From assembly GCA_045837725.1 (NCBI GenBank), contig JBEWZL010000124.1, positions 248,001-312,000 on the forward strand: a stretch of DNA of 64,000 nt, written 5' to 3'. The first letter of the stretch is position 1. Each line of letters opens with the position of its first letter. The stretch comes from Vermamoeba vermiformis. Lineage: Eukaryota. The notes beneath the pieces were generated by a model that had not been told where the DNA came from, did not search any database, and saw only the letters and a list, made by a program, of their open reading frames with translations. Shown one piece after another: positions 51,489-63,412 of the stretch. The position numbers were made by a program, and so were the translations under genes.

Positions 51489-53367
51489 ATGGTAAGAAGA
51501 AATGTCATGGTTTTTAGCGCGTTGGCCTGTCTAATAAAAGTTTTATACCCAAATCCGGATTTAGTTCGGGTGCTTTTCCTCCATAAATTTTCATTGAATA
51601 ATAAAAAATTACGGGTTATTTACGTATAATAAAATCAAATTTACGAAGAAAGATTTTTGACGTCAACGAATTAATCTTTATTTTCTGCAGGAAACACCAA
51701 ATAATGCACATAGACTTCTCATTATCAATTCGCAAGGAGACTTCAATATGATACACGAAGGGATTATCAATGTTTTACCCGACTGTTCTTATCAATTAGG
51801 CAACCTGAAGAAACTGGATGTGTACATTACCTTATTCGATGAAGAACGGGGGATAGATACAAAGTGCAATTTGCTCAAGGACAATACCACAATTGAAACA
51901 CTCAAAGTCCAGGCAGTATTCGACACGAACCTAAGTGCGAAGTTTATTGGCGTTTTGCGATCCATGACTCGATTGCGCTCATTGGCCCTTCACATTGCCG
52001 GTATTACAGACTATCCTGCAGAATTATTAGCGAATGAAATATGTGCATGCAAAGGAATCGAAGAGTTGATTATTAAAGACGCAACTTGTTGGACAGAAAC
52101 GGCTCCTGGTCGCGACATTAAGAACCTGCTCAAAGGGTTAGATAAATGCCCAAATCTATCAAAAATCTCATTAGAAGTCCATTCTGACGATGCTATGTTG
52201 GCGTTGGGTGGTTTGATACGATCACTTAAACCATTAAAAGAAGTACACCTCGTATTGAAAGGGCCGTTCAGCGGTGAAGCATTAATGTCGGTCTTTAACA
52301 CGACTATTCAACTATCAGTAGGTATAGAGAGTATAGTTGGTGCGAGCGACGAACATTACGTAAGCATCTTAAACGCACTACAGTCGACTACAAAGTTGAG
52401 AGAGCTGCGTTTGCTAGAAGTTACTTTAGACCAAGAAATGCAGAAAGCAGTGTCTGACGTATTGACGAAATGTCATTTTCTGAGAAATTTGGAGCTTTCT
52501 AGCCCTTCACTACAGATTGTGCATGATAGTTTAATCGATGCGTTGCAAAAGAGAACGTTGCCGCTTGAACAATTCAACTGCTCTTACTTAGCGATGGACA
52601 CCAACTTCAATAGAGCAATAGAATCACTAAGAAACGCAACATTTTATCGGTGTCATTTTAAAGAGCAAGAGTCTTTTTGTGCCGCAGTAGCAGATAACAG
52701 AACGATTGAAACTTTAGCATTGATCGATCTTAAGCTATCGGAAAAACAATGCACAGCGATACAACACCTGCTACGGACAAATTCGACACTGAAAGAGCTC
52801 AATTTAAAAAATCAGCACGTAGCAGCAAAAGGAGCGGTAGATATTTGTCGTGGACTGCAAGCGAACAATTCACTCTTGCGATTTCATATGCCTGGAAATA
52901 TGCTTGGATTTGTAGCGTTCGAAGCGTGCAATGAAATGTTGCAAGTGAATGACACGCTCGAAGAGCTGTCAATCAATTACGTGTTCTCTGATCGCGAGCT
53001 GAAAGAGATTTGCAACGGCTTGAAATTGAACAAGTCTCTGACGTCCCTCCATTTCTACAAAAAACCGGATCTGGACTATGGATCAGTATTCGCGGAACTT
53101 CTCGAGGAAAATCACGTGCTGAGGAGTGTCACTTATGGCGAGATAAAACTGAAGCTGTCAAGTGAACAAATGGACAAATATTTGGAAAGAAATCAAGCAA
53201 TTTGCGAAGCGACGAAAAAGGACATGATTATTTTGTTTTGTAATATTCGAAGAAGCACCGAAGCATTGCAACTATTTCCTGTTGAGATCTGGCTGCAAAT
53301 ATTTAAACCCCTTCGGCTACTTGGCTGTGGATATTATGAAACGGCTAAATTTACATTATTGCAATAA
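51489..53367 (+). CDS. RNI-like leucine-rich-repeat protein with C-terminal F-box-like motif
   Basis: ATG-only first exon, then a long exon from 51691; NSTLKELNL/NNSLLRF/NDTLEEL/NKSLTSL repeats; LQLFPVEIWLQIF near the end. Confidence 0.8.
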
Positions 53368-53450
53368 ATAAAAATAAAGGTTGCTTGCACGTGACGCGTT
53401 TTTTGGCCAGATCGCTGCAACAAATAATTTTTCAATTGGAGAGGAATACC

Positions 53451-56288
53451 ATGGCAGATGAAAAAGTAATCACTATTGTTGAGGATGGGGTTGGATGTAA
53501 TTGATAATGACATTGGTCCCGACGGCCAATCGAAGGTTGTTACAGAGTTGTGGCAAACCCTCTCTGGACTACAGGCACGAGGCACATTTGCTTGCAGTGG
53601 ACAAGTAAATATTGCACTTCCAGGTAAAAATAGCTATATCTTACGGGGTTTAGTGGTAAATTACTTGTTCTTTTCTTCGAAAATATTGTATAATATTATT
53701 CATCGATAGTGCTAAATTCATTCTCGATAAAAACGTAATTACTAATCGTATAAAGTAATAATAAGATATTATTAATTAATTTTTTCATTTATTTGGCGAT
53801 TGCACAATTTTATTTTGCTCATCTGTTGACAATCTCTTTCTCAGGCCTCAGTATTGACGGCTATGGCGAAGCTGGTTTTCCTTTAAGAGATCATGAAGCA
53901 AATCAACTTATATCCCTTTGTCAACAAGCGTCTACTGCTCGAGGAGTGGATTTGGCAATTGACAGCTCAGTTGGCCATTGGCAATTAGGTACCGGAAAAT
54001 ACTAAATTAAAACTAATATATGATACTAATCGTAATTGGTAGAGCCTTCGAACTTTCGGTTGATGAACAAGGAGTTCGCGCGGCAGATCGACTCGCTCGC
54101 GGTCACTGTTGCCGAAGAACTTGGTTTAGGTCCTCGTCCCTTTAATATTGCTGCTCAATTATCCAAGTTGTTACTCGAAACAAGTGGTTGCAAGCCATAC
54201 AATGACTACGATAACAACAAACAAGAAGGCAAATTCGCGTCATTGGTGGTCACACTACCGAGCATTTGTGAAGGTGGTGAGGTCATTGTGCATCATCAAA
54301 GCATGACCAAGACGTTCAAAGCAGAAAATTCCGCTTATTCTGCGAATTACGTGGCGTACTTTTCGAACTGCAAACACGATCTACTACCGCCGACATCAGG
54401 CTATCGATTGTCCCTCATCTATAATCTCGTTAGTCTTAACAATGACCCGTTGCCGCAGCCTGCGAGTACTGACGCGATAATTAAAGCAATGGACTGTATT
54501 CACAGATGGACCAACTTGCCCACTCCCCCTTCAAAGGCACGTGCACGACTAATAACCAATAATAGTATTAACCTTCCCATTGGTAGGCTGCATTTATAAT
54601 AGAACACAAACATACACCTGACGGAGTACCGTTTCAAGCGCTCAAATATCGCGACAAAGACATTGCGCGTATTTTGCATGAAACAACGCAAGGAACAAAT
54701 TTGGAGCTCTACGTGGCGTTGCTTGCAAACATTACCGATGGATATAAGCGCAGATCAGAAAGCTTCAAAATTCATTCATTGATCAACGCTCGTGACGGTG
54801 ATCGGATCGACGTAAAAATACCCGTTGAACAGTCAGGTAGTTACTGAGTATCACGCTACGACATAATTGCAATTTGCTAATTTGATCAATTATTAGAGGT
54901 ATTCCCGCCCGAATATTTTAATGATAAGACCGCGGATGTAGTCAAAAAAGATACAAACCCAACAAATTACAGGAGGAAACCCAAAAAATTACTATTTTAT
55001 GCGGTTGCCCTGGTGCTACTGTCTAGAGATAAGCTTATTGACATCATTGGCACAGGTGACAAGAAAAGTTGTATGAAATACATTGTGTCGTTGGTGGCGA
55101 AGAACCTCGAAATCAAATCGAGGGATGCGGCAGAGTGGCAATCTTGCCACAAAATAGCGCGACTACTCTTGGAAAGGAATGGTTGTAACTTCAAGCCAAA
55201 CTCTAGTTTCTTAGACGCTTTGCTCGCACTTGGCGATGTCCAACTAGTACGAACTTATCTCGACACACTGGTTCCCTATCATTCTGATTTCCACGACGAG
55301 TTACCACAATTTTGCACTGTCATTGAGCAATGTTTGATCAAGTTTGGATGGGAGTCCCTTGCCACAACAATTTATACCTTTCTGACCAAATGTACGTACG
55401 AACCTATTTTTAGCCAAATTAACGCATGTACAGGGTTGCCATTGGAAGATGCCGTACAGTTTACTTTAACGCGCGGCACGACATTCAAAAACGACGAAAA
55501 GGCGTATGAACTGTTGCGGTCTGTTGCTAAGAATTTGATTAAAAAGAAGACCAAGGAATTTTCTCATAACAATAGAATAGTTTTCATCGAGTTAGCAAAA
55601 CTTGCAATAACTATTGTTCCAACACTATTACCTGACGTAAGGACGATGAAATGTTCAGAGTCAGTTCATAAGTACTAATTTCTCTAACAGGTCTTTAAGC
55701 TAATATGCGATCGCTTTACAAATGTCTACCGAGATTTAGTGCCCATTTTGAAAAGTCTTTGGCAACAAATACCAACTATTGCAGACAACACGGTATTTGT
55801 TCGGCATACCCAGAAAGCCATTGTGTCTCTTCGCAATCAAATTGCGGTTGCTCGGGCACGGTTAGATAATTGGAGTTTTTACTCTGATCGTCGTTGCATC
55901 TGTGACGCTTGTAACCAGGTATAAGTTGTGCATTAATAGTGCGGCAATCAAAAACGAAGATGTTAACACTTTCTCGTAGGTTTCGCAGTTCTTACGCGAT
56001 CCTGTGAAAATGGAGTTCGAATATATAGGTGACAGTCGGGAGCATGTCGAGTGGCATTTGGAAACTTTGCGCGAGAACAAACTCATTTCAATCAGTACAA
56101 CTACTCCTTACACCCTAGTGATAACCAAGGTCAACAAAGAAGCGGATGCAGCTCGCAACGGTGCAGTGAAGATTCAAGCAGAAGTCGATGAATTAATGAA
56201 TATGATTAGAGTTAATAATGACGACCCGGCCGAGCAAGAAAGACCTACTAAACGACAAAAAGTTGGGCACGAGAATGGTCATATCTGA
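53451..56288 (+). CDS. 2OG-Fe(II) oxygenase-superfamily protein, paralog 1
   Basis: FACSG, PGLSIDG..FPL, FASLVVTLPS..GGE, TSGYRL.L.YNL; C-terminal CxCxxC and NLS RPTKRQK; start needs a +1 correction or lies at 53485. Confidence 0.75.
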
Positions 56289-56593
56289 TTGATCTAAAGC
56301 ACGTGACAGCTCGGGCTAACAAATGACTTTTGGTTGTGTAAGCGAACATAGCAGACGAAGGCTAACTATTCCCGATCTTAATCCAACGCAACTTGAAAAC
56401 AGATTTAGGGCGGCAGAAAGTGATAGACATAGCCCATAGTTATTTCTCTTTTTACAGAGTTGACTGCACGACGTCGCACGACGAAGAACGAGCGGAAAAT
56501 CGACCAACGATAAACTCCACTTAAACGCGAACGGAGCACAAAAAATTTAAAATGCCTCGATGAACACAATTAAAGCCCTTTGATAGAAGCACC

Positions 56594-58591
56594 ATGGACG
56601 ATGACGGCATATTCTCTGGGTCGCCAAATGACTGCACTGAGGACCTCCATGACGTCAGCTCTCCAGTCTTGACCTTGTGGAACGTTATCTCGAGACTAAA
56701 AGTACCCGGAGCATTTGCGTATGGCGGACAATTATGTCCTGTGCTTCCAGGTAAATCTTGCTAAGGATCAGGAAATTAATTATTAGAAAATTTAAAAAAT
56801 AGTTAAGCGCACTTTTATGCTTTAAAATTGCTGCTTGCATGAAAGAATATCGACAAAAATCAAACGCTAATTTTTTGACCAATTGAAAACAGAATTTTTT
56901 TTGCGCCTCGATCTGTATTTCTTGTCTAAAATATTAATTAGTCGCTCGCCAGGCCTGTGTTTGAATGAATACGGAGAAGTGAGCTTTCCTTTTAAAGAAA
57001 ACGAAGCTAAGCAAATAATTCTCCTATGTCAACCTGCATCCGCCTGTGATGACTCGAAAACATGGCAGATGGGTACGCACTATAATCAATAAATATTATT
57101 AACCCATTGGTTGTGCTAACGTTGTATTAGACCCGTCGATGTTTCAGCTGCTGAACTCCGATTTCGTTCATCAGATCGACTCTCTCGTGGTCACTGTTGC
57201 CGAAGAACTAGGCTTGGCTCCATCAGCGAAAGTTGCTGCTAAGTTATCCAAATTACTGCTTTACGAGCCAGGTGGAGCATTCGTGCCTCACAAAGACACT
57301 GAGAAGGCTCAAGGCATGTTCGCGTCGTTGGTGATAACGCTGCCGAGCATCTTCACAGGTGGTGAGCTCGTTGTGCAACATCAAGGCATGACAAAGACGT
57401 TCAAGCCAGATAAACCAGCATATAACACGAGCTACACTGCATTTTTCACCGAGTGCAAGAGCGAAATGCAATCCGTGACGTCAGGATATCGATTGGATCT
57501 CGTGTACGACATGGTCAGTCTTGGCAGCGATGCACCGCCACAGCCAACAAGCTGCGAGTCAATTTTTCAAGCAATAGACTCTATAACCAAGTGGACTGAT
57601 CTAGGCACGCCGTCACAGGTAACATAATGAGACCTCTAATGAACTTCAATAACGAACCTTCCTGCTCAGGCTGTGTTTGTATTGCAGCAGAAATATACGC
57701 CTGCAGAGCTGTCTCTTGAATCGTTGAAAGGCAAAGATAAAGCGATGATGCAAGTGTTACAAGAAGCGATCAGAGGCAGAGAGTTGATGCTCTTCGTTCG
57801 CACCACATGTTGCAAGTTATAACGGCTGAGTTAATTAAATCTCGAGCTCCAGCAGAGTATCGCTTATTGTCACGACAAACCATCGGTGATTTGGCACGTG
57901 TAGCAGCTGTCGTTGATCCAGCACTGCATGCGGACGTAAGTTACGCAAAACAATATAATATACTAATAGCACCTAGCTCCTCGGTACTTACCCGTCAATC
58001 AGATCTTCAAGTATTTGTATACTCGCTACGCAAACGTAGATTCAGAGTTCGTGCCAATCTTGAAACTGCTTCATGAACAAGTCCCAAGCATCACCCAACG
58101 GCCTGAATTCATTAACATAGCCACGCAATGCATTAACTTCCTCAAAAATCGTGTTACTGCTGCACTGGCACGTGCCGATGATTGGAGCGTAACTGGCAAA
58201 GTTAATTGCAATTGCGGACCTTGTACGCAGGTAAGGAGCATGCGTTTAAATCGTTCTTATGATTCTTAATAATATGCCATTGTAGGTGAACTTTTTCTTG
58301 CAAAGTCCAAAGTTGCTGGAACACCGCTACAAAGCAGCAGAGCGCGCACGAAGTCACGTGTCACAAATGATCTACGCGACAAAGTTGCCAAACCACGGCA
58401 TTCTAGAGGTCACCACTGAAACTAGTGGTGCAAGTCATGCGTTGGTCATTCGCAAAACAGCGAAAGAACTCGATGTGGCCAAACAAACTGCAGTACAGGA
58501 TGAACTGACGATTGCAGAGTTGACAGGAATGATGACACTCGACGCGTCAGAACGAGCGGCTAAACGGCAGAAACTTGATGATAATAACTAA
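56594..58591 (+). CDS. 2OG-Fe(II) oxygenase-superfamily protein, paralog 2 (internally deleted, possibly pseudogene)
   Basis: KLLLYEPGGAFVPHKDTEKAQGMFASLVITLPS, VTSGYRL; lacks the central region of paralog 1 at ~57800 with a frame break; CNCGPC; AAKRQK. Confidence 0.7.
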
Positions 58592-58817
58592 TGCCTATTC
58601 TCGGCCTTAAAGCATTGGGACACGTGTTCCTACAAAGTTCAATTGGCCCGATGCTCCAGGTCACCATTATCACGCGCAAACAAAAGAGGGGGCATATCAT
58701 TCACATCAGCTGGCAGTTGCTCGGCGCTCCTTCCCTAGCCATCGATCCATTCAGCTAGCACGGCTGATCTCGAGGACGTTTTCAGCGAGTGGAAGAGCTT
58801 TTTAATTCAATTTGCCA

Positions 58818-59212
58818 ACCAACTCGGTATTATGACGTTGGTCATATATCAAGTTAGCTTCCCTGAAGACACCGAGGCCTATTCTGCTTGGCAATGGCTG
58901 TCGACTAGTGGTGCGCCACAAACTTTCCCTGCGAACTATCAATCAGATCCAACTTTCAGGTAACTTTATATCCAATAATTACTTTTAGTAAAACTTGCAT
59001 TAATCATACGTATCATTAGTATGGCTCCTTACGCTCCCCGTGTCAATCCTCCTGGATCGGGAATTGCAGGCGAAAATCAACCAAGTGCTTCGACTGTTCC
59101 AACAAGCGCAAATCAGCCAAGTGCTGCGGCTGGTCCAACAAGCGTAACATCAAGTGCTGGAATGAACATTGCGTCGTTGGCATTGATCGCTTTGCTCTTA
59201 GTTATTAACTGA
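58818..59212 (+). pseudogene. 3' remnant of the PcRGLX-like gene
   Basis: NQLGIMTLV.YQVSFPED.EAYSAWQWLSTS...YQSDPTFR, retained intron, identical SAGMNIASLALIALLLVIN end; no upstream part. Confidence 0.85.
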
Positions 59213-59520
59213 GTCTACGATGTATTAATACTTGTAAAGCCAACTCGGTCAAACCTAAACTCTTTTATTCTTTCGAATTACCAAACTAACAACAGGAGTG
59301 ACAGGCAAGTGGCCACTGTAATAGCAATCGCGTTAGCGGCACTTGAAGTTGTTGCAGAGGGAGTTTGAGCTTTGACGGGCACACTGGTCGGAGCTGTTGG
59401 AACTGCCACAGGAGCCAAAGAGCATGTTTTGCCGTCACCAATGTAACCACTCTTGCACGTGCAAGTGAACAAGAAGTAATCCGCTGCCTGGCACTCCGCA
59501 TTGACGTCACAATCTTGCAC
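58818..59520. repeat. Right arm of the inverted segmental duplication
   Basis: Reverse complement of ~37900-38563. Confidence 0.9.
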
Positions 59521-60911
59521 AGTCGTGACACAGGGATCTTGTGGGATTAACCAAATGTCCGCGAGATAGGGGTTCATGATGGATTGTCCGCCCATCACTA
59601 GTAAGTTTCCCTTATTGTTAATGCCTACTGAACCTCCGGGATAATAACGAGATCCGAATGTGCTGCCTTCAGTGCGGTAGTTGGTGTAAGAATTGTTGAT
59701 CTTACTGCCGTTAGCATCGCCGTAGACGTGCTTCCACAGCTTGCTGGTCGTGTTGAACAACCAAAAGTCGGTAAACCACTTGTCATACTTTGGATTAATT
59801 CCAGTTCCAATCATCAACGTACCGTCTTTGCGGTCAATCAAAACCGTTCCGTCACGTGCCGCGGGATAATTATTAACGTCAAACTCATCGGGGACAGCGA
59901 CAGATCCGGTGGTACTGAACGAAGATTCGTTGCCCCATTCGACACGCCATTCTAAAGTATTGGTGTCAAACGACCACAAGTCACCCCAGTCCAACTGCTC
60001 GTTGAAACCTTCAGGCTGCGAGCCATAGCCACCAAAGATCCATACCCGATCGTTGCTATCAATGTCCGCTCCTGCAGCCCAGCGACCATTCCAATAGTTG
60101 TTTGCGAAGTCAATGGTTTTAAGTGTATTCAACTCGCCCCACATCCAAGTCCACATCATCGAAGTAGTATTGAAGTGCCAAACTGAGTTGAAGGTGATGC
60201 TATAGAAGCCTCCAAGCACCCATAAATTGTTTTTAGAATCTACGACCATCGCGGCACCAGACAGAGAGCCTGGGTAGTTCTCGATCGAAGGGATGCCTTT
60301 TCCGACCGAAACTGCTTCTTTAATTGAGTCGTTGGCTGTAAGGTAGGTGAACTGAAGCGAAGTAGTATTGAATAACCAGAACAAGTTTTTGGGCGCATCG
60401 TCGTTTCCGTAAATCCAGATGTTGTCGTGGCGATCAATAGCAGATGCAGGCCACGTAACTCCACCAATAAAAGCATTAGGATCTTGTATTCCAACTTCAC
60501 CTTTAACACGGTAATTATTTTGATAATCTGATACGCCAGAAACCCAACGGTAAAGATCAGTCTTTGGATCGTAATTCCAAACCTGATTGACCCAATAATT
60601 GCCATAACCGCCGATAATCCATACTAAACCTTTAGAGTCTACTTGAATAATAGGGCCAAAAGCGCGACCACTGGCTCCAATGGTGACGTTAGTCCATTCT
60701 CCTTTTGGTGGACTAGCTGGCGGTTCGTCTGGTTTCAACGATTAATATTTATTAACATATAATAATGTTTAACTTATTATTTAATAATAATAATTTGCTA
60801 AATTTTAACTGTCTTACCTGTGTCTGGATTTAGAGGCGAAAGCCAAATTGGAGAAATAGCCGTACACGAGACAGCAAATAGTGCTATCAACAATACTTTA
60901 TCCGCATACAT
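59278..60911 (-). CDS. Kelch-repeat beta-propeller + EGF surface protein with GPI-like tail
   Basis: Signal peptide MYADKVLLIALFAVSCTA; WIIGGYG/WVLGG/WIFGGYG repeats; EGF CDVNAEC..CTCKSGYIGDGKTC; S/T/P stalk and hydrophobic end. Confidence 0.88.
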
Positions 60912-61137
60912 CTCGTGGTGTTGTAGAATTGCCAAAATTTGTTTTGAATGGCAACGGCCAAAAAATCGCTTGGCTCCCAAAATAGTCTTTTTTAACTCCG
61001 GTTCTCTCCAGCTTCAGATGGTTTTGCACGGAATAGGAGCATTTACATTATGATATTTGGTGATCAAATATAGAATAAGAGATTTTGCAAAGAGGAGGAA
61101 TTCGAATTTGTCCAGATCCGAAAACAGTTTTCGTTCA

Positions 61138-63412
61138 TTAACTAATATCTCGTACAATATAACTGAGAAGCGTCAAGTATGATAGCAGTAAAATAGATGC
61201 AACGACTGATGATTGCAACAGCGAATTAGCACGAGAGGTGATAGCAGGAACAACGTTTGGTTCGTCAAAGTGGTTGCTCGATCCTTCCTTCTCGGTGTTT
61301 GTTCTTGTGCCACGCACTTCAGTCACTGTCAAACCTGGTGATATTTGCTTGACATTGCTCTCCACCGTGACGGGATCATTGACATATTCTTTTGCCTTTT
61401 GAATCACATCGCTCAACTGACCCGGATCAACTACGAAAAAGTTAGAACAATGGTCTGCGCTGTATTAATACCCGATATATCATACCCGATATAGTTACAG
61501 TTATCTCACAGTTGCTCACGTTATTCTGGCTCGTACATGTTACGCTTATGTTGACACTTCCTACTGTTACATTCAGCTGACCTGCAATCACGTCTTTCAA
61601 TCCGGAGATATCCGTGTCGTTCAAACTAGTAGGAGATGTGACTGTGATGACGATAGTGACAGCTGTAATACGTTAATATCAATAGGTATGTTAAGTATTG
61701 ACTTACAATTCGGGCACAAGCTCGAAGTGTCAGCGATGTCAACCGAAATAGTGTAACTTGACAAGATCCAATCAACATTAGCATTGATATCAGTCACAAG
61801 CACACTGTTAGGGAACAAAGAACTGCGGCCGGGCGTAAACACTGTCGGTTGACCACGGTCCTAAAGTACTGTCAGTACAATAATGGAATACAACATTTTT
61901 TGGACAACTTGCCATTGCACCTGGAGTGAATTTGTTCAGTTCGCCAATAGGCACAGACAACGTTTCACTATTGCGGTTGGTGTAGCTGAAGTAAGCACGG
62001 TAATGGCTCGCGTTGAGTTGTGCGTAGCAGTCAAGAATAGGAATGACCCCTGAATTAACCACTGTGGCTGGTACAACGATCGGTGCGATTGGAGCAATAG
62101 GCGTGGGACCTACGAGTGAAAAGTTTAAGGAATACGTCAGTCACCCTTTGCCAATCAGACTCACTAGCAATGTGAATGACGTAAACAGTGTTGAGCCAAA
62201 TAACGTTGTTCGAGAAGCCAGTCTCAAAGACACCAAGTGCGAATCGGTAATAGCCAGGCACAGCACTCGTTAAATTGACTATCGCCAAGAATGTCTGACT
62301 ACGGGAAGCTAAGTGTCACGTTTGTGAATTCGCTGACAGCAATGGCATTTGTCTTGTCGTAGAGAGGATAGACCAAGAACTGTAGTTCCCCCGATGTCAA
62401 TCCAATGCCATTGCCAGCAAGCTCGAGGCTTAGGTACGTGTTTCCATCAGATTCTAGCAGACCAAAAGACACGCTTGGGTTGCTAACTATGATGCGGGCA
62501 GGAGGTGCCAGAGGTGCGGTCAGCATATCAATAGTAACTCCGGCTCCAGGACCAGGTAACACGACACCATTGGAACCCCACGAATAAGCGCGAATGTAAT
62601 CGATTTCCATCGTCACTGGGAACGGGGTCGTGCGAGTCTGGTGGACCGGCCCAGTCACCTCCAACAGCCAAGTTGGCCGAGATGTACATAGGCGTGTTGA
62701 CGAATGCAAGTGGCATTAGCGTCGAATACCAATAAGTCATCAATGTACCAGTAGATCCGATCGGGAGTCCATTGGATGCCGTACTTGTGAAAATTTCCAT
62801 CGGCCAAGCTTGCATTTTGAACGGTGCCAGTAGTCGGACCAGTATTATTGCAGTATCGTGCAAAATGAGCAGTATAAGGCGCGTCCAATGTGAATTGAAT
62901 GTCCATGCCGTTAGTTCCTGAATTGCAAAGTTAGCTGCATCCGTTAAAATTAATTGACAGGTCGATAATTAAATCATTTCTGTGTGACAATTTAACATTA
63001 CTATTAGAGTAATAATGTTACCTATGAGGGTATCTTGCGGGAGAAGACTAAATGCAGCACGAAGACCTCTTGCTGTTGGCCATCTGGCTCGAAACTCGTA
63101 ATATCCAAATGTTTGAGTCCAACGGTCCTTCGTCGTAATTACTCCCGAAGTATATATTTGAGAACCCGCTTGGGTTTTACTGGCTATGATTCGTAAAGAA
63201 GTTGAAGTGAAATTGAACGCATCCGGCGAGTAAGTTTGAAGTTCGTTGTTACCAACTGGATCCGGCGACCAATGAAAGACTGGAATCCACGACGAGCCTA
63301 GCTGAGTTTGCCCATTAAACTCTTCTGAGAATGTTTGTGTCCATCCCGCAGCGGCAAATTGAATAGAGACTACGGAGATAAATAAAATAAATAAGCTAGC
63401 TCTTGCCGTCAT
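61138..63412 (-). CDS. Secreted GH16 (laminarinase-like) multidomain surface protein, catalytic motif degenerate; several +1 shifts
   Basis: Signal peptide; FSEEFNG, NNELQTY, YTSG, GYYEFRAR, FHKYGIQWTPD, NLAVGGDWAG, MEIDYIRAY; downstream PILDC..AYFSY.N.N..DRGQPTVF domain; hydrophobic C-terminus. Confidence 0.8.

Noticed and set aside
7838-63412. Bacterial contamination explaining the bacterial-type genes
   Set aside because: These genes carry spliceosomal introns and eukaryotic targeting signals, and lie among core eukaryotic genes
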